Assembly (NCBI GenBank): GCA_043827405.1
Contig: JBDRPD010000022.1
Span: forward strand, 1 to 64,000
Source of the DNA: Elusimicrobiota bacterium
GTDB lineage: Bacteria > Elusimicrobiota > Elusimicrobia > UBA1565
DNA length: 64,000 nt
Direction: 5' to 3'
Each line of letters opens with the position of its first letter. Position 1 is the first letter of the stretch. The notes beneath the pieces are model-generated. The model made no database searches, was not told the origin of the DNA, and was given only the letters and a program-made list of their open reading frames with translations. A program made the translations under genes and the position numbers. Below, piece by piece: positions 61,136 to 64,000 of the stretch.

Positions 61136-64000
61136 CTAGCCGCGCTCTTTGGCGTGGGTTGCGGCGGCCTTAGCGTCGACGCCCCAGAATGCGACGACGC
61201 CCAAAACACCCTTGTGCTGGCCGCCCGCGACATCCTTATCGAATACCGCCAGGACGCCGGCGTCCTTGAGGTCCTTCCCCGGCACGTCGATAATTTTGAG
61301 CACCCACTGCAGGGCCTTTTCCTGGTCCAGGGTCTCCGGCACCTTCTTGTTGCCGAACTCCTTCATGCTCAGGTTCAGGTCGAGCAGCTGGATGGTGATC
61401 CCGTCGCCCGGATACATCGTCCGCGACGTCGTTTTCTTCTCCTTGTCGGCCGGGCTCTGGAAGACCTTGATATGCGAGCTGATCAGCGGCTTGCCCTTGA
61501 TCGGCTCAACCATGAACTGCAGATACCATTCCTGCTTCTCGCCCTTCTCGCCTTTCGCCACATACAGCATGGCCCCGCTCTTGGCGGCGTCTTTGGCCGC
61601 GGTGATATCCTTATGGCCGTCGATGAGGATCCGCGGCGCTTTGAAGCCGGCGCTGGCGTCGCTTAAGGACATGCCGTCCATAAGGACCGAGTTCGGCGTC
61701 GTGGCGCCCGCCTCGCCGGAATTAGCCGAGTCGGTCCGGTCGCGGATTCCGTCCTCGGCCGGCCACAGCTCCCCTTCCTTGGCTTTGGACTTGTAGGTGA
61801 CGACCTTCTTCTTATCCGAGTAGTGGGAAGTAAACTGATAGTCTCCCGAGCTGTCCTTCTTCATCTGATCTACCGCTTTGGCGATGATCTTTTCCACATC
61901 GGAGAAGCCGGAACGCGTCAGCGCGTCCTTGAGCGCCGCCGGATCGTTGCCGTTGAACATCTTGAAGGTCGACTTCTCCTCCAGCGTGCCGAGCCAGTTG
62001 AGCCGGCCCTTGCCCGCCTCGTCCGCCTCATCCTTCAGGTCCCGTGAAATGTCGACATAGACCACGCCGCCCTTGTCCTTGGCGATGAGCATATGGCTCT
62101 CGATAGAGAACGCGAAGTCCACTCCCTCGGCGGTCATCGGGATCACGGCGTGCTTCTGGCTGCCGGCCACGCTGTTCTTGCTCATGAGGATAAAGGTGTG
62201 CTTGCCGTCTTTATCGGCATAGGTATAGACGCGCAGGCCCTTGGCGTCGAGCGCCGCGTTTACCTGGGCGAGTTTCGGATGGTCCTTATCCATCTTCCAG
62301 TCGCCGAAAGTAATATCCCGCCACGGACCGGCGTTCGGCTGAGTGCCGGTCTGGCCGCCGCTCGGCGTGGTGCCCGATCCCGGAGTTTCCGGCGGCGGCG
62401 CGGGCACCGGCTCCTTGCCCTCGACCGGCCGCCATATCCCGGTATTCGGGTCGCGCTGCAGGTCATACCACACCCCGCCGACATTGAGGCCGGTAGAGAC
62501 CTGATCCTGGGGCGCCACCACCCGTCCCCGCTCCATCTTGTTGACCTCGGCGACGCCGTCCGGCAGGACGCTGAGGCCTTTGAGATCGCCGCGGCGCAGT
62601 TTGTCCATGGTCTCTTCCGACCAGTACATGAAGTAGCCGCTCTTGGCGGACTCCGCGGTGACGTAGTACTTCTTGCCGCCAAAATCGGCGACCATGCCGC
62701 TCGCCAGCGCCTTCTCCGCCCGCATCGCGTAGAGCCCCTGCAGCGAGGGCATCTTCTGTCCCTCGACGCCGAATACCGGCTCCTTGCCGTCCGGCCGCTT
62801 GATCGATATCGTCTTGTCGTAGCTGCCGTCAACGGCGGCGACATCGAGGACATACTGCTTGCCGCCTTTGGTCAGCGAAAACTTCTTCTCCTTCCACAGC
62901 TTGTCGGCGTCAAAGTATTTGCCGTAGACATTGCCGGGGCTGGAAATGTCATAGATGCCGATCTTCTGCACCCATTGCTGCTTGGGCGGCTTGCCGACGA
63001 AAGCGCGCTCGAGGCGCGGCACGATCGCCAGCCGCCGTCCGTCCAGGTTGAAGACGTTCTTGTCGCCCCACTTGCCGAACAGGTAGTTGATATCCATGTT
63101 CGGGCTGTGCCGGGGCAGCTGGCCGGGTGTTCCGCCGCCGGTCCCGTCCGGGATCACCGGATCGCTCGGATTGGCGTTCGCGATCTGATCGAGCTCTTCC
63201 TTGGAGTACTTCATGGCCGAGATGATCATAAACGAGGACTTGGTCGAGATCGGCATGAAGTCATTGAGCCAGTTGTCGGCCGCCTGCACCCCTTCGAACG
63301 GGATTGGCGGCTCTTTGCCGGTGCGCGGATGGCAGCTCGCGGCGAAAGTCTTGGCGTCCACCATGGCTTTAGCGCCCTTCGCCTCATCCCGGTAACCCCG
63401 CAGGCAGGCGAGCAGGGTGGACTTGAAGCCCGGCCGCTTGGCCTCGAACTTCTTGAGTATGGGATTATTGGCGAACAGGGGCGAGTCATTGCTCGCGACG
63501 ATATAGTACATAGCCGCGATCTCGGCCGCGGTTCTATCGGCCTGGGCCTTATTCGCTCGCGCCTTCTCCAGCTCCTTTTTGATCCGCTGCTCGACGCGCG
63601 CCTCGACGATCTTATTGAAGTCGGCCTCATCCTTGAACCCGCCGCGCACGAAGCCGTGATCGGGCGCCCAAATAAAGGCCAAAAACTGCTTGAGGATATC
63701 CTTGTCGTACGCTGGATCATCGAGGATGATGCGGGCCACGACCTGCGGCAAATTATCCGCCCCGCCAAGCTGGCCGCGATCGGCATCTCGTTCGCCTTCG
63801 CCTGCGCGCGTTCCGCCGCCCGGCGTGACGTCGACGCCGTCCCCTACTTCAGGGGCTTCAACGCGCTCACGAGGCGGGACGGCTACGGCCTGCTGTTCGT
63901 TGAGATCAACCGCTTTCCCGGTTGTCGCTACTTTCCAGTTGCTCTTACTGATCGGCAGGCTTTTGAAGTTGAATTCCGGCTTCTCACCAGGCTCGGACGC
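61136..64000 (-). CDS. Large hypothetical protein, partial (>=954 aa; start outside the window); beta-rich domains with Pro/Gly/Thr linkers
   Basis: The frame stays open upstream of the ORF-track TTG 63751 to position 64000 (ASEPGEKPEFNFKS...GGADNLPQVV). Confidence 0.85.
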   Translation of the reverse strand, partial: ASEPGEKPEFNFKSLPISKSNWKVATTGKAVDLNEQQAVAVPPRERVEAPEVGDGVDVTPGGGTRAGEGERDADRGQLGGADNLPQVVARIILDDPAYDKDILKQFLAFIWAPDHGFVRGGFKDEADFNKIVEARVEQRIKKELEKARANKAQADRTAAEIAAMYYIVASNDSPLFANNPILKKFEAKRPGFKSTLLACLRGYRDEAKGAKAMVDAKTFAASCHPRTGKEPPIPFEGVQAADNWLNDFMPISTKSSFMIISAMKYSKEELDQIANANPSDPVIPDGTGGGTPGQLPRHSPNMDINYLFGKWGDKNVFNLDGRRLAIVPRLERAFVGKPPKQQWVQKIGIYDISSPGNVYGKYFDADKLWKEKKFSLTKGGKQYVLDVAAVDGSYDKTISIKRPDGKEPVFGVEGQKMPSLQGLYAMRAEKALASGMVADFGGKKYYVTAESAKSGYFMYWSEETMDKLRRGDLKGLSVLPDGVAEVNKMERGRVVAPQDQVSTGLNVGGVWYDLQRDPNTGIWRPVEGKEPVPAPPPETPGSGTTPSGGQTGTQPNAGPWRDITFGDWKMDKDHPKLAQVNAALDAKGLRVYTYADKDGKHTFILMSKNSVAGSQKHAVIPMTAEGVDFAFSIESHMLIAKDKGGVVYVDISRDLKDEADEAGKGRLNWLGTLEEKSTFKMFNGNDPAALKDALTRSGFSDVEKIIAKAVDQMKKDSSGDYQFTSHYSDKKKVVTYKSKAKEGELWPAEDGIRDRTDSANSGEAGATTPNSVLMDGMSLSDASAGFKAPRILIDGHKDITAAKDAAKSGAMLYVAKGEKGEKQEWYLQFMVEPIKGKPLISSHIKVFQSPADKEKKTTSRTMYPGDGITIQLLDLNLSMKEFGNKKVPETLDQEKALQWVLKIIDVPGKDLKDAGVLAVFDKDVAGGQHKGVLGVVAFWGVDAKAAATHAKERG

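Noticed and set aside
1..64000. CRISPR array or cas genes
   Set aside because: No regularly spaced repeat-spacer series seen; the TTATGT repeats at 1073-1363 are irregular and better explained as element ends.

Overview
High-GC bacterial chromosomal window; the protein style suggests Elusimicrobiota or a related PVC-like lineage, but this is inference only. (1) 1-7.8 kb is an integration hotspot around tRNA-Lys(TTT) and tRNA-Glu(TTC). It holds a tyrosine-integrase remnant split at its LGH motif by a ~290-bp element with 14-bp terminal inverted repeats, and an integrase-less ~6-kb island bounded by a 44-bp duplication of the tRNA-Glu 3' half. The island contains truncated Fic, RRM and PhoU-domain genes, a hybrid kinase, a secreted pentein enzyme and two 106-bp repeats carrying a dif-like site. 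(2) 7.8-27.9 kb is mostly core-like: PilB/GspE ATPase, class III cyclase, dapB-folK-panB-hydrolase-panC, PDZ, TPR and CoA-binding proteins, CBM48 and GH57-like proteins, LysM-FecR protein and a histidine kinase. (3) 28-33 kb is a second accessory patch (HNH, SGNH + MBOAT, nucleotidyltransferase pair) with further copies of the repeat. (4) 33-64 kb is the main result, a co-oriented giant-gene locus. A ~5,435-aa protein combines membrane helices, a ~1,150-aa helical stalk, a beta-barrel-like block, six tandem TolC-like half-repeats (a putative single-chain TolC trimer) and a C-terminal anchor. A 3,018-aa signal-peptide-bearing, membrane-embedded SecA-like ATPase has a ~1,000-aa insertion. A Y1-transposase homologue with an altered HUH motif sits between them, and a >=954-aa ORF runs off the window. 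Together they suggest an unusual giant-protein translocation apparatus. All domain calls are by-eye motif recognition; no searches were run.
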